From Craspedostauros australis (Eukaryota), in assembly GCA_030167865.1 (NCBI GenBank), contig JALAGF010005488.1, forward strand, positions 62,001 through 126,000: a DNA stretch of 64,000 nucleotides. Direction: 5' to 3'. The notes under the pieces were generated by a model, which did no database searches, had not been told where the DNA came from, and saw only the letters and a program-made list of their open reading frames with translations. This document shows positions 21,509 to 34,611 of the stretch, in pieces. Positions within the stretch are counted from its first letter, which is position 1. Every line of letters starts with the position of its first letter. The position numbers and the translations under genes are program-made.

Positions 21509-23623
21509 TTAGAATGATCCATAGCCATCGTCGTGCTCCTCTGCGTCATAATTAGCGTATTCATCATCGTACCCGTGCATCGTTTCAGGGTCGTCCCACC
21601 CATGATCTTCGTCGTAGTCCTCGGACCACCGCTGTTGCGCACGCGCCCGTTCCATGGCCTCCTGCGATCGACGCCTGGCTTCCCGCACAATCTCCATCGC
21701 CTGCAGATAACGATCCGCCATCTCTTCCAGTCTGCCGTGATACTGGGAGTCATCGTTTGCCAACGCAGCTACCGTCTCATCTTCCAGAACCGTGTTCATC
21801 GTCGCATCGATCTTCAGGTGCAGGCCCGTGTGCTCCTGGACGCATGTCGCGGCCAAGGCATCTGCTGCCTTCGTGTCGAAGAAGCATCGGCGCAAACCCA
21901 ATTGAACCTCTTTGATTTTGCTGCCGCTGCTGCTACCAGTATCGTTTGCAGCGTGACCCGAATCCGACGCAACTCCATCGTCACCATCAAGGTGATGATC
22001 GGCATCATGGTCATCATCGCCATCCAGAAATGCACCAGCAAAGGACAAGGCGCCGCATTTCGCCTTGGAAGGATCCTGCCCATCATCCTCCTCGTCCTCG
22101 TCATCTTCTTCGGCCTCATCGTCACTTTCACCAGACGCAGCGACGCCGAAATCCTGCAAGCCTTTCTTGACCGTCCTGGAAAGCAGATTCATATACGCCT
22201 TGGTGGTTTCGCTGGCCTTGCTCTTGAGGGCGGTGGCGGAGTACTTCGCACCCTTTTTCTTCTTGCGCAGCACGCCGAATGGATTGCCGCTCAGATCCAC
22301 CTTCAACGACGACGACGCCGTCACGACGCCGGTCGATTGCCCGTAACCCCGCATGGACTTGGCAAGGACGGCGGCCGCATCGGCGTGCAAATTGCAACTG
22401 CGCACGGCGATGTGCGGCACGATCCCCAATTCGATGACGCGGCCGATGCTGCCGGCTGCCGCGTCGGTGATCTCCTCATTGTTGCTGAGATCGAGGCTTT
22501 GCAATCGCGTCATGTTGGGATGGGAGCACAGCGCATTGCACAAGCTCGTGACGCCGATATTCCCCAGATCGTTGCCGCTCAGATCCAAGTGGCGAATGCA
22601 GCATCCTGATTCTTCCAGCGCGATAGCCAGCGCCTTGGCGCCGTCATCGCCGATGGCGCAGGCCGATAGATCCAGGCGATCAAAGATGATGATGCCTGTG
22701 CCATTCTGCGAGGATCGCACCGAGCGGATGGCAGCCGCAATGGCGGCAACCCCAGCATCACCGATGTCTTCGTTCTTGCGCAGCGATAGCGATATCGGCT
22801 GCACGCCGGCATCTTCGAAACGGCGCATGATCCCCTTCGCCAAACCACGGCACGCCGCCGGACCCAAACCGCAGAGATCGAGACGGATGGACTTGGGGCA
22901 CACGCTCGGGTTCCGAATCAGCTGCTCAAACATCCTGGAGATACCCTTGCTGCGCGACTCCGAATGCAGATCATTCCAACTGAGGTCCAATTCCACAATT
23001 TGAGGCGGTGTTGCTGTTGTTGTTGCCGTTGCTGGTGTGGTAGTAGCGTTTGCAGTCGCAAATGCCGTTGTGTTCGTCGTATTTGCCATGGTTGCAGCTT
23101 CGTTTGCGCTCATGGATGCGGTCACATTGATGGAGTCGGAAGGAGATGCATCTTCCGTACTCGTAGTTGTGCCCGCTGCAACATCACTGCTGCTACTTCT
23201 GCTGCTATCAGAAGCATGTTCGTTGACTGTTGCATTGGCCAACGGTTGCTCACGCTTGAAGAGGGTCTTGATGAGGTACTTGGCCTGAAGAAAAGTGATT
23301 CCATTGCGCTTCATCGTCAATCGGATGTTGCTGTCTCCGCGAACATGGTCCTTGAATGCGCCGACGACGTCTTCAATCTCCTTCCCCAGCAGCGAGTTGG
23401 TCAGATCGATCTCGACATCGGCATCGGCGTCACTGCTGGTATCGCTTGCTTCGCCCAGTGCCGACCGAACGGCGGTGGCCAGTGTGGACGGCTTGGCTCT
23501 GTGCAGGTAGGAGAGATCCACTCGGCGCGATGCCTTCGCGCTTCTCGGCGTTGATGCAATCAAGACCAGCAGACATAGCAGCGACCGCTGCATCAACGAT
23601 GATGGGCATGCAGGGGCCCTCAT
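21509..23623 (-). CDS. RNI-like leucine-rich repeat protein with a predicted signal peptide (start at 23623 or 23695)
   Basis: Repeats LDLSWNDL, LSLRKNEDIGDAG, LDLSACAIGDDGA, LDLSGNDLGNIG, LDLSNNEEITDAA; hydrophobic LLCLLVLIAS near the N-terminus. Confidence 0.85.
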   Translation of the reverse strand: MRAPACPSSLMQRSLLCLLVLIASTPRSAKASRRVDLSYLHRAKPSTLATAVRSALGEASDTSSDADADVEIDLTNSLLGKEIEDVVGAFKDHVRGDSNIRLTMKRNGITFLQAKYLIKTLFKREQPLANATVNEHASDSSRSSSSDVAAGTTTSTEDASPSDSINVTASMSANEAATMANTTNTTAFATANATTTPATATTTATPPQIVELDLSWNDLHSESRSKGISRMFEQLIRNPSVCPKSIRLDLCGLGPAACRGLAKGIMRRFEDAGVQPISLSLRKNEDIGDAGVAAIAAAIRSVRSSQNGTGIIIFDRLDLSACAIGDDGAKALAIALEESGCCIRHLDLSGNDLGNIGVTSLCNALCSHPNMTRLQSLDLSNNEEITDAAAGSIGRVIELGIVPHIAVRSCNLHADAAAVLAKSMRGYGQSTGVVTASSSLKVDLSGNPFGVLRKKKKGAKYSATALKSKASETTKAYMNLLSRTVKKGLQDFGVAASGESDDEAEEDDEDEEDDGQDPSKAKCGALSFAGAFLDGDDDHDADHHLDGDDGVASDSGHAANDTGSSSGSKIKEVQLGLRRCFFDTKAADALAATCVQEHTGLHLKIDATMNTVLEDETVAALANDDSQYHGRLEEMADRYLQAMEIVREARRRSQEAMERARAQQRWSEDYDEDHGWDDPETMHGYDDEYANYDAEEHDDGYGSF

Positions 23624-24023
23624 GATTGTTGGCTGATCCTTAGTCGGCGACTTGTGGTGGATGCGTTCGCGTCTGAAGATACGCAGTGGTTGCATCTGTC
23701 ATGCGTATTGCTGTGTTTTGGTGGACGGAATTGCCGAAATGGATTTGTGGCGTCAGGTTCCACTTGTCGGCATCAGTGGCAGCGCCACAGCGAGCAATCT
23801 TGTGGGTGGAAGATCGCAAGTGAAACTACGACTAATGAATCCAAATACGAACGGAAGCAACCAAGGCCAAGAGTAGCTCGTATAATACTGGAGCACTCTG
23901 CGAAGATATCATCGACTTCATCTCCCAGACATGGTGCAGCATATTATATAAACAAGATACCAGAGAAATAGGGATCTATTGTCGAACGTGCGCTTGCGCT
24001 ATCCGGACATAGGTTTGTTGCCA

Positions 24024-25962
24024 TCACGCCTCCACCCGCTGCTTCTTGCTTTGTGGGGCATCTCCAGCATCACTGGTAGCAGCCGTGGCATCCCCATCAG
24101 CTTGACCCGTGCCATCACCTTTCCCTTCTTGCTCGCCCTTGTCCTCATCCTTGCCGTTCTGCTTGTACCACGTCAATTCCGGAAGATCCGCCGCGGTGCC
24201 CGCGTTATCCTCCTCCAGCTTCTTGGCCTCAAAATCCAACCCTTCCAGCTCCATTGAATCAAAGATCGCGTCCTTCCTCTTCTTCAACCGTTCGATCGTG
24301 CCATCCAGCGCGTAGAAGGACTCGGCACTCTCATCTGCGCCGAACTTGCAGCGCGATCGGATCAGCAGGTAGATGAGCTGTTTGCGTGCCTCGAACTGCC
24401 GTTGCACGATGTCACGGAACGTCCGCACGTTCAGCAGCTGATCCTCGAGGTCCATGTCCACCAGTTCCTCTTTCATGATGATCGAGAAGTTGCGGGCCTT
24501 GTCGTCTGTGAGAGGGCCCTTGTCGTCTGTGAGAGGGCCCTTGTCGTCTTGCTGGTCCCCGTCAGCGTCAATGACATTGTCTTTCTTCTCTTTCAGCAGC
24601 TCCGTCAATTCCTCCGGCATCGTGGTTAGCAACGATGAGAGCTGCACCGCGGCGTCATTACGCAGATCTCGCGCAATCTGCAACGTAGCGATGGCCTTGC
24701 ATGGATCCAGAAACTCCCGCGCATTCACCTTTCCAATCGGTATGTTCTGTTCGTCCATGTTTCCATAGATCGATTCATTCACCCATGCATCCATCCATCC
24801 ATTCATCCATTCAGAGTATCCATGCAGTGCAGTAGTCAAGTGGTGAGCATGTGCATGCGCGCGCATGTTGAGATTGGAACCAGGTTCTCAAACAAATATG
24901 CTCACAGTCCCGCTTTCAATACTCTACGAAAAATGTGTGCACAGTTGGCCCACGCATTTGAAGTACAGTGCAGGACAGCACACAAACTGTCAAGATGAAC
25001 GAACTCACCTTCTCTTCAAAGTTGTATTCGACTTGCGTGACGCTGGACAGAGATCCGCGGCGCTCTGGTTGATTCGATGTGGATGACGACGAAGAGGATG
25101 GCTGTTTTGAGGTTGCCTTGGTAGCAGCTTGCGTTCCAGGTGTGGCGATCCCTGACGATGATCCTGCATCGCTGCCTGCCCCCTTCCCGCTTCCATCATT
25201 CGTTGATGCAGCTGACGACGCTGGCCGAGAACTTGTGGACGCCGACTCCGTGCCTTTGGCTCCTTCGGACGTACGGGTATCCTTGGCATCGGATGCTGAT
25301 TCCAACTCGTTGTCGTCCGCCATTGGAATCATCTCTCCATCGCGATCTTGTTCTGCTTCCATAGATGTTGCTGTTGCTGTTGCTGCCTCTGTAGCCGTGG
25401 CTGTTGATGTTGTTGATGTTGCTGCTGCGGATGCAGGTGATGCGCCTTGCTGTGCTTTCGAGGCCGAATTCTGAGGAGACGCCACCGACTGTGCATCAGC
25501 ACGCGAACGACCTGCCGATTTGGACGCTGGCTTCTTCGCGGCAGCAGCAGACGGAGTCTCGTTGAGACACTTGCGTATCTGAGTGATCAATGTAGGTCCA
25601 CCGAAGGAGTTGTTCGCATCCCAATCATCCATGAGCGGCTCCAACCTGCCCTTGAGCGCCTTGACCTTGGGCAACGCGACGGCCGGCAGGATGCTCGTCT
25701 CGCCCAGCATCGTTCGCAGGTCCGCGCTCTTCTCCCATCCCATCTTCTGCGTCAAGATCTCGTGCAGGATCTGCCAGCACAGCCACTGCCTGGCTTCGCT
25801 CGATGCGCTGCCCAGCGATGTCGCAAACACCGCCGCGACGATCGAAGAGTGCTTCCGGTTGAAGCTGATCCATCGCGCCATCGTTTGCACCGTCTCCTTG
25901 CTCGCCGTATCGGACAGAGAGCGCAGCTTGGTCTCCAGCCGTGTCTTCCATGCGTTCGTCAT
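24024..25962 (-). CDS. RNA Pol II CTD-interacting domain (CID; RPRD1/Rtt103-like) protein; exons 25009-25962, 24024-24746 (~558 aa)
   Basis: N-terminus LETKLRSLSDTASKETVQTMARWISFNRKH..WQILHEIL..DDWD matches the CID helical pattern; phase-0 GT-AG intron; C-terminal KKQRV NLS-like motif. Confidence 0.75.
24497..24549. repeat. In-frame 21-bp tandem repeat (~2.5 copies) encoding DDKGPLT
   Basis: ccttgtcgtctgtgagagggc twice plus a partial copy. Confidence 0.9.
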
Positions 25963-26615
25963 TCTGCCGCCACAATGTCGTCCTTCCTTGCTTCTTTGCT
26001 CGTGGGTATGATCTGACGGGCTGACTGGCTGAGTGACTGTCGCCTGATACCACTCTTTGATTGTGTCATGGAACAGGACCTTGCGCCATCAATCCGGACT
26101 CGTCAGAGAGAGAGGAGGGAGTGGTCCATCACGTTGTCTTCTCGTTGGTTTCATTCGCTTGGCGATCTCTTGTCTTTGGTGTGTTTTCAGTTCACGTCTG
26201 CTTTCGTCCGGATGGCGGGAAGGAGCGTAGCCTTCCAATTCGAGTCTAGATCATGAAAGCGAGAGACTAAAATCATGGTGTGGCGGCTCACAAGTTGCCA
26301 CAAGAGCGAACTCGCACTCTATCATTCTTATTGAAGTACTAATACAGACATACGCACTGTCAGCACCAGTAAGGACACAAGCATCATGTGTTACCATGGA
26401 GTACTCTACTATTCCACCCCAACTGCACTCGTTGTGCAAATCCTGAAGTAGTTTCAGCTGTGTACATATATTCATGATTAGATCGTACTCCACCAATCGT
26501 ACCGCAGAGCAGGCTTTGGTTGGGATGCGGATACCTGCGGGAGGCAAGCAGCGCCCAGCGGCATTATTCAATCAATCAACCATTCATTCTTCCCCTCCCG
26601 TTGTGCAGTCCTTGT

Positions 26616-29614
26616 CTATTTCTTCACGTAATCGTACTTGACGTCGTTGTCGGATGGCAGGTCCTCAGAATCTTCGCTGACTTCGACTTGTTCGACGTCT
26701 TCCATCTTCATGGCGGCGTCGTCGAACTTGACGTCTGCGAAGCCCGTCACGAAGTCATCAGCTGCCTTGCTGCCGCTGCCGACGTCCATGTCCATGGCTT
26801 CATTGTCATCATCGTCATCGCTTTTGATGGAGTTTTGCGGAGTTCCGTACTCACCACCTCCCTGCGCGATCTCGCGGTCGATGGTGGAGTTTTCTGGCAT
26901 GACCTCCTTATCGCGAAGCTCTGGCTGGACGTACAGGCTGTCGAGGAAGGAGAAGTCGTACTCCTCGTACTCGAGCTGCTTGTCCTTGCGCACGGCGATG
27001 CGCGTTGGGAGACTCTCGGTCATGCGGAAGTGCTGCTGCTGGATGTAGAGGTTGAACAGCACGGTGATGCAGATCAGCGGGATCATCCACGTGGAGGCCG
27101 CGATGGCCTTCTTCAGCGACATAAGACCCATCAGCGTGACTTCGGACACAATCATCATCATGGGAAGCAGGGAGATGAACTTCACCCACAGCCTTCCACC
27201 GGAATCTGGCACGGTGGGGTAGATGTAGATGAGCTGGTGTCGGTAGCAGGCTCCCATGAGGAGGAAGCACATGCCCAGGAAGCACGCGGTGATCGGTGCG
27301 ATTGGCGAATACACGAAGAGGACCATGAAGTACAGGACGGAACCGGACAGCACGTCGGCATGACCGAATTCGTCGGGCACCGAGATTGGATTCAATCCCA
27401 TGAACGGCGTGTTGCGCTCCTTATCGGTGAGTCGGGGTCCCACGAATCTTCGGACCAGGGCGATGGCGAGAGGAACGGCACGCAGGATCTCGAGACCCAT
27501 GGGCAGGAAAGTATCGACCAGCAAGATCTGGGTGTGGAATGTGGACTGTCCTGGCAACGAAATGGCGAGCGTCTCGATGATGGTGCTGGGTTGATCGATC
27601 ATCTTGGAAAGCTCGGATGTGAGACCACCGGAGATGGCGGAAACGAAGAATGTTTGGATGAGCATGAAGGCGGCGAGCTTGACGAAGAGAGATGCCTGGA
27701 CGACGGCTCCGCTGACTGGCCCCTCAAACATACTAAGACGTTCCAGGATCATCTTGAGAACGAGACGGGCGACCACGATGAGGAGCGGCGCCATCTGCTC
27801 GAAGGCAGGTTCCAACCACGGGTAATCGATGAGGAGTCTGTCGATAGACGACACCTTTCCACGCAATCCATCGATCGTACTCAAGGTGTTGATGGTAACC
27901 ATCGGAATGGTCCAGAACAGACAGAGCGCTCCCGTGAGACCGAAACTGAGGAGCTTACCAAGCTGCAGCTCCTTGTGCGTCTTGCCCACGTTCTCCCAGA
28001 AGATGTCATCCGGATCCGGTGCCTCCAAAATCTCCATCTTGAATGGCTCCGGGTACTGGATCATCTGCAAGGCCGCCTGTGTGGCCTGGAGCGTCTTGAA
28101 GGTCACGAAGGCAGACGTTAGAGGCTCTCCGTCCTCTTCGCCGACCAACAACTTCAGTCCGGCCCCTGCGAAGTCCGCCAGATGCTGCGTCGGAAGGCCA
28201 GATGCGATGCCGTTGGACACGTCCTTGACGCTACGTGTGAGGAAATTGGCGCTGTCCACCAAGATGTTGGAGCCCTGGGTGTTGTCAAGGTCTTCTCCGC
28301 CAATGACGCTGGGAACGGTGCTGGCACTGTTGGGAGATCCAGCCTGGTCCTGCATCTTCGAGGCTTCTATGTGATCGTCGATGACGTCGGCTGCGTTGCC
28401 TTCTTGCAGAAGTTCGATCCTCTCGATCCGCTCGGTGATAGTCTTGTTGAGTTCGGTGAGCTCCTCGTAATGCGTTTTGATGGCATCCAACCATTCGCCA
28501 GTCAAGGTGAGGATGGTGGGAGTCGTGCCGTTGATTTCTTCGATGTTGATCTCGTGCTCCAGGGTCGATACCAGACCCTCTCGGTGTTGCACCAACCCTT
28601 TGAGGGTTGGGATATTGCGTGCCAACTGCGCCTCCCTCGTGACGTCCGAGCCATTGGCCTGGTTGAAGAACTCGATGAGTCTGTCGTTGGCTCGGTACTC
28701 CTGGGGGATGTTCTGAACGTAGACGGAATAATTACGTGCGTTCGTCTTGGACAAGAAAATGTGACGTTGCAGGATGAACCATTCGAATTCCTTGAGGATG
28801 TTGTACATGGTAAAGCCGAAGATGGAGTAGGCTGCGATGACGGTGGCCATGAGGCGGTAGGATTCCGACGGGACGTGAGCGATGGAGAGTCGCTGGATGG
28901 CGTCAGTCACTTCGATGGTTTCGCTGTCTGATGGTGCCGTGCTGTGAAGGTCACATGAGGATGTGCGGGTGTGCACGGGCGTGTGCGGACGTGTCGATAT
29001 GGGGAGGGATCAGTCGGTGGCATGGGGTTGAGTTGAGTTGGTATTGCGAAATCGGTGCACGTCGAGCAGGATAATGGCATTGATACGCAATCAAGAGCAG
29101 AGTACTACTATGGCACCATGCACATGAGAGACCCAGTTCCAGGACAGCAACAACCACCACTGCACCATAGTGACAATAGCGAGAGAGTAACTTACGCGTA
29201 AATGGGCATGAGCCAGATGGCGTTGAGGATGGAGATGATGGAGAGCTTGAAGCCAAACTCGAGCACACGAGCAAAGCACGCGGCGTCCATACCGCACTCC
29301 TCCAGGAACTCTGAATCGCTGATGAAGTAGAGCTTCCACAGCCAGCTGAAGAAGCCGAACTGATCATCGGCAAGGTGCGTCTTGAGCTCCTCGACGTAGC
29401 TTCTGAGATTGTACACTCCGGGGTACTTGCGGCGGAGGTAGCTGAATCCGACGGCCATGCACGTGAAGAGCGTTCCGTAAATGCGCATCGTGTCACGCAG
29501 AACTTCGGCATCGCGGCCGGCAATGGATTCGGCCTCGGTGGTTGGTGGTCCGGTGGGTGCCAAGGTGGGCGCATCCTCCGCGTCCTGCAGCATGCGCCAG
29601 TCCAAGCTCGCCAT
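26616..29614 (-). CDS. OSCA/TMEM63 (CSC1-like) osmo/mechanosensitive Ca2+-permeable channel, copy A; exons 29196-29614, 26616-28941 (~914 aa)
   Basis: ECGMDAACF, WLMPIYA, NYSVYVQNIP, AFVTF, APDPDDIFWENV, YSPIAP, YRHQLIYIY, DSGGRLW, LYVQPEL; many TM segments; phase-2 intron in frame. Confidence 0.93.
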
Positions 29615-31436
29615 GGTTGCGTCGGGTATCAATCAACTCTTGATGAGCACGTCCAAGCAGGCTTGGGCAGATTGGATCAGATCAGATCAGACCGGATTAA
29701 TGGTCAAAGCAGAGTGGCTCGTGCCGTCGATGTTGCTGCCGCTGCGGTTGTGCAGAAGAAGAGATGGGAACGGGCGGCAAATGTGAGCGCAATCTCTTCT
29801 TTTGGGAGAAACGCTGTTGTCCGAGTTGTTGATGCTTGCAGCTCGTGCTTGTTGTGGGTGAAACGCAAAAGAGAAACGGTTCTTGTGAAATTTGTCTCTC
29901 GATGGCGCCGAGTCCCGAGGTGAGTTGCGGGCCGAGCTGTTCTGTCGCTCGCTCTTGCTCCTGTCTCTTGTGGTAAGGTCTCGTCAGATTGTTGCTGTGT
30001 AGCAGGCGGTTGACAGTATCCAACAACACAATGGGTTGCAAAGTCTGCAATTTATGGTTTGATCAGGTGCAAGATGGATGTGATCACAGAGACACACCAA
30101 CACAGCAACACTGGGGAGAGGAGGTCGGCATCTGCGGTCTTGGTGTGCTGAGCGAGAAAACCAAGCAGTCGGGCAGAGGGAGGGGAAGGAAGGGAGAAGC
30201 CTCGATGACACCTGGAATCGTTACTGTGTGGTGAACACAGTGCCAAACAGCGCGCAAACACACGAACACGAGGCACAACGGCTGTCCCAGCCCAAAGAAC
30301 GATGTGGCACCATTTTCGGGATCAGCGAACAAGGAGGTTCGTGGTGAAAACCCATCCAACAACTTTTTTTTCTCTGCCTCGTAACCCCACATCCGGGTGA
30401 CACATGTTTGATTGGTTGATCGATGATTGGCTGGCGCGCTGTGACACGCAGATAAATGCCTTTCCATTCTCGCAGGTACAGAATAAGTCCGGCATTGGCA
30501 AGATCGAGCACAGCTTCGGCCGGATAAATCCAAACACCTCCACAATCTGTGCGCGCAATTCACCTCATTTGTCGCCTTGTTTGGAAGCCAACAGCAGCCT
30601 CTGTCCAGATCCAACCACAAGAAAGTAAGAGATGTGCATGGATGTGGATGGATGGATGGATGCGCACGATGCGCATGATGTGTATGTAGATGCAGCTCAT
30701 GGAATAATACTATACCACTCAATCAAGAGGATCAAAAGGACGCCACAAGAGCCAACTAACTCACGTCATCCCACCCGGATTTCCGAAGAAAATGGAAGCC
30801 ATCAGCGCTGAAAACGCACACGAAACTCCATGGCGGCTGAAGTCATTCGTGACAAGAACCAAACCAATCACGATTTCGTTGCGCTTTCAGGATAATTTTC
30901 GCGGGGTTGCGCCCGTTTGTCCAAGAATTCGATCCCGTTTTCTCTGGGTAGTTGGGTTGGTTCTCCTCTTTGTATGAGTCACGAATGTACATCAATCTTG
31001 GATACTTTTCAGATCGAAACCGAATTCTTCGTTTCGTCTCGGCTCGTGCCGCCAGCGTCAAGAAAAGGATCCGGAAACGCGAGAACAGATGATGCCCATG
31101 AAAGATCTCAGGTCGCCGCCATGTCGTTTGGATCGCACAACGGAGGGATCAGAACAGAGACAGAGACAGAGATACGACGAGAGACAGGAGTCCGCAACAA
31201 CACACCAACAGTCTCCGCAGTAACATCCAATGATCGACATCATCTGATGGATCAATTGCATCTGGGCAGCCAACGTTAGCTTGAATCGAAGGCGAGGGAT
31301 CAAGGCCAAGAGGCCAAAGACAGGGCACTGTATTCCACATCTACATAGGTTGTACTCGTTCGGATACACATACACATACATACGCACGCATATACGCACG
31401 CATATACACACTCATAAGTGTGGAGACTTCGCCAAC

Positions 31437-34386
31437 ATGTTCGAGGAGGAGCAAGAAGTCTTCGTTTCGTTCATTCGTCTGCTGCAAGACAATGGCACCA
31501 TCATCCCCACGAACAGCACGAAAGGCGGTAACGAATGCACGGACCACACCGACACGCAAATGCTGGACAATACCATGACCCTCTACGGAGGTTTATTCTT
31601 CATCGCGTTCATCATCTTCTGCGCTCTGCGACGAAGGCATCCGCAAACCTTCGCTGTGAGACGCGGATCATTCTCGGATCATGCCACGCATCTAGCAGAC
31701 TCTTCCCATGGATTCTTCGGCTGGATTTGGAGTCTCCTGGCGATATCCGATGATGAATTCCTGGAGGAATGGTGAGCATCTCGTTCGTTACCGTTTGATG
31801 GATAGTACGCGTGTCGTACGTACGAGCATGGCTGTTGTGTTTTGTTCATGTGTCGATGTCGTCAGCCGGGAGTATGGCCTTCATTGTACGAGAGTGCAGT
31901 GTTTGGAACGTTGTCGAATCTTGAATCGTAACATCACACCACAACACATCGCATCACATGGATTCATCTTTCCACTCATCCCTCTCTCCTTGTGTCCATG
32001 CCTTCTCTCACGACACAACTACCTCCGAACCCACAGCGGCATGGATGCGTTGTGCTTGATCCGCATCCAAGACTTCGGCCTGCGAATCAGCGTCTTCACC
32101 ATGCTGAATGCGTTCTGGCTCATGCCATTGTATGCATCCGCGCCCAAGACTGACGAGACGATGTGCATCAACGATCCCGTCGTGCAAGTGTCGATCGCGG
32201 TCGTCCCACCTGGTTCCCACCGGCTGATCGCATCGGCCGTGGCGAGCTACCTCATCTTTGGCTATTCGATGTTCTGCATCTGGAAGGAACTGAACTGGTA
32301 CGCCACCTACAAGCACAAGTTTCTCTCCAGATCGAAGGAGCGCAATTACACGGTCCTAATGAGATACCTACCTCCAGAATACCAAAGCAACGCCAAGCTG
32401 ATCGCGTACTTCGAGAGCGTTCTCAGTTTCGACGATTCTGCCATCCTGGAAGTCAACTTGGCACGAAGAATCCCGAAGCTCACGGCCGCAGTTGCGCAAC
32501 GAGATGCGATGGTGACCATGCTGGAACATGCGGTGAACGTGCAGAGGGTCGCACGCAGAACACCCACACATTCGACCAGGCTGATCGGCGGCGAGCAAGT
32601 GGATTCGATTCCTGCGTATTCGATGAAGCTGAGGAGGATGAATGAGGGGCTGGTGGAAGATTTGGTGAAGTTGCACGACTTGGATGATTCGCATCTGCTT
32701 CTGTTCGGAGGTACCGACGCCCCGAACGAGGCTAATGAGTCGGGCGGCGCGCCAGAAGAAGCAGACAGAAGCGGCAGTGGAAACGGCAACGCTATTTCCA
32801 CCGACATGCAAAGCAGTACAAACGTCGATGGTGATGACGACGCCAATGACATTGGCAATGGCAGTTCCGATCCGGGCTTGGAAACAACACCACTCCGCTC
32901 AGATGATGCCTTGGCTTTGAATAATCCGACCTACGGAGATGGTGGAAACAGCGCGAATGGAGATGACAACGATTCGATCATCCCGGAGTTCTTACGACAG
33001 GGATCGTTAATGCTGGCCGAGCTTTGGGGGGATCGCGATGATGGCGATCCGCTCAGCGCGGCATTCGTCAGCTTCCGCTCTCGGCGCGCACCTCAAATCG
33101 CGATGCAAATGCGCCATCACGAATCTCCGCACACAATGGAAGCCATCGAGGCTCCCGAGCCATGCGACATCCTGTGGGATAACATTGGCAGCGATCATTC
33201 GTCCACGCAGATTGGCGGTTGGCTGAGCTTCGGATTTTCATGCGCTCTGTTGCTCTTCTGGACCTCCGTCGTTGCCTTCGCGTCGTCGCTGTCATCTATT
33301 GAGGGGCTTCGGGCGGTCAAATTTATCGATGACGTTCTCGAACGGTCACCATGGCTGGAGCCAGCCTTGGCGCAAGTGGCGCCATTCATCGTCGTTGTCA
33401 TCCAATCCCTGCTGGAAACGATTCTCACCATCTTCTCCAAACTGGAACGCCCGGTCGCTGGTGCAATATTGGAATCATCCCTGTTCACCAAGCTGGGATG
33501 GTTCATGATCATCCAGAACTTCTTCGTTCTATCCCTCTCCGGCGGAGTTCTGACGACGTACGAGCAGATCCTCGACAGACCGAAGAGTGCCGTCGATGTG
33601 CTGGCGACGGCGCTCCCGTCCCAAAGCACCTTCCACACCCAAATCTTGCTGGTGAACGCTTTCGTGAGTTTAGGAACCGAGTTGCTGCGCATCACCCCGG
33701 TAGCTATCGCGAAGGTGCGAGAATGGCTCGGGCCAGGACTGACCGAGAAGGAGCGCAAGACCCCATGGATGGGGCTAAGCCCATTGAACGACCCAGGCCC
33801 ATTCACGCATGCCTCCTCCACATCCTGGAACGTCCTCTACTTCATGGTGCTGTATGTCTACAGCACCATCGCCCCCGTCACGAGCTTCTTCCTGGCCCTC
33901 TGCTTCTTCCTCATGTCGATATCGTATCGTCACCAATTCGTGTACATCTACCCTTCCAATCCGGATTCGGGCGGCAAGATCTACGGCACATTTTTGAACC
34001 TCACCCTCACCTGCATGATCGTTGCGGAGATCACGGTGCTCGGGCTGTACGGTATCAAGCTGAGCCCGATTGCGTCGGGTATGATGACCCCGTTGTTGGT
34101 TGTCACCATCGCATTCGTCATCTACATGAGACAGCAGCACTTCACGGTTGCAGATCATCTGCCCGGTCGTCGAGCGATCGAGGTGGATGCAGAGCCGTGG
34201 GACGAAGCGGTCGTGAGAGGCGCGTACACGCAGCCGGACCTGAAGACAGAAAAGTATGCTTGGCCGGACAACATGGACAATCTGTACGACCGTTACGCAG
34301 GCAGTGGCCCTCCCACCCAACAGGGTCAGTCCTCTACGATACCATCGCAAAGCGCAGAAACGCAAGCGCTTGGCAACTTCGTCTGA
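31437..34386 (+). CDS. OSCA/TMEM63 (CSC1-like) channel, copy B; exons 31437-31771, 32037-34386 (~894 aa)
   Basis: EECGMDALC, NYTVLMRYLP, AFVSF, APEPCDILWDNI, YSTIAP, YRHQFVYIY, DSGGKIY, AYTQPDL; phase-2 intron in frame. Confidence 0.93.
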
Positions 34387-34611
34387 ACGCAGTGGTAAGA
34401 CATACCCGAGTATGTGCGTAGAGTCTACATATGCATTACACATCAGTGCAAACCGTAGCTGTTTGCCGTGCTAGTGCAAGGGGTGTTGGAGTGGCAGTAA
34501 TGCAGAAATCAATCACTTTGTGAAGAGCCTTGCCACTTGTGCTACCGCCGCTTAGGGGAGACACATCTACTCGTACGCATGACAGGTTCTGATCGTCCCT
34601 CTCTCTACTCG

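Noticed and set aside
26520..28121. 533-aa antisense ORF opposite OSCA copy A (similar shadows lie opposite the DUF1995, LRR and PPR genes)
   Set aside because: Codon-bias shadow of the real gene.
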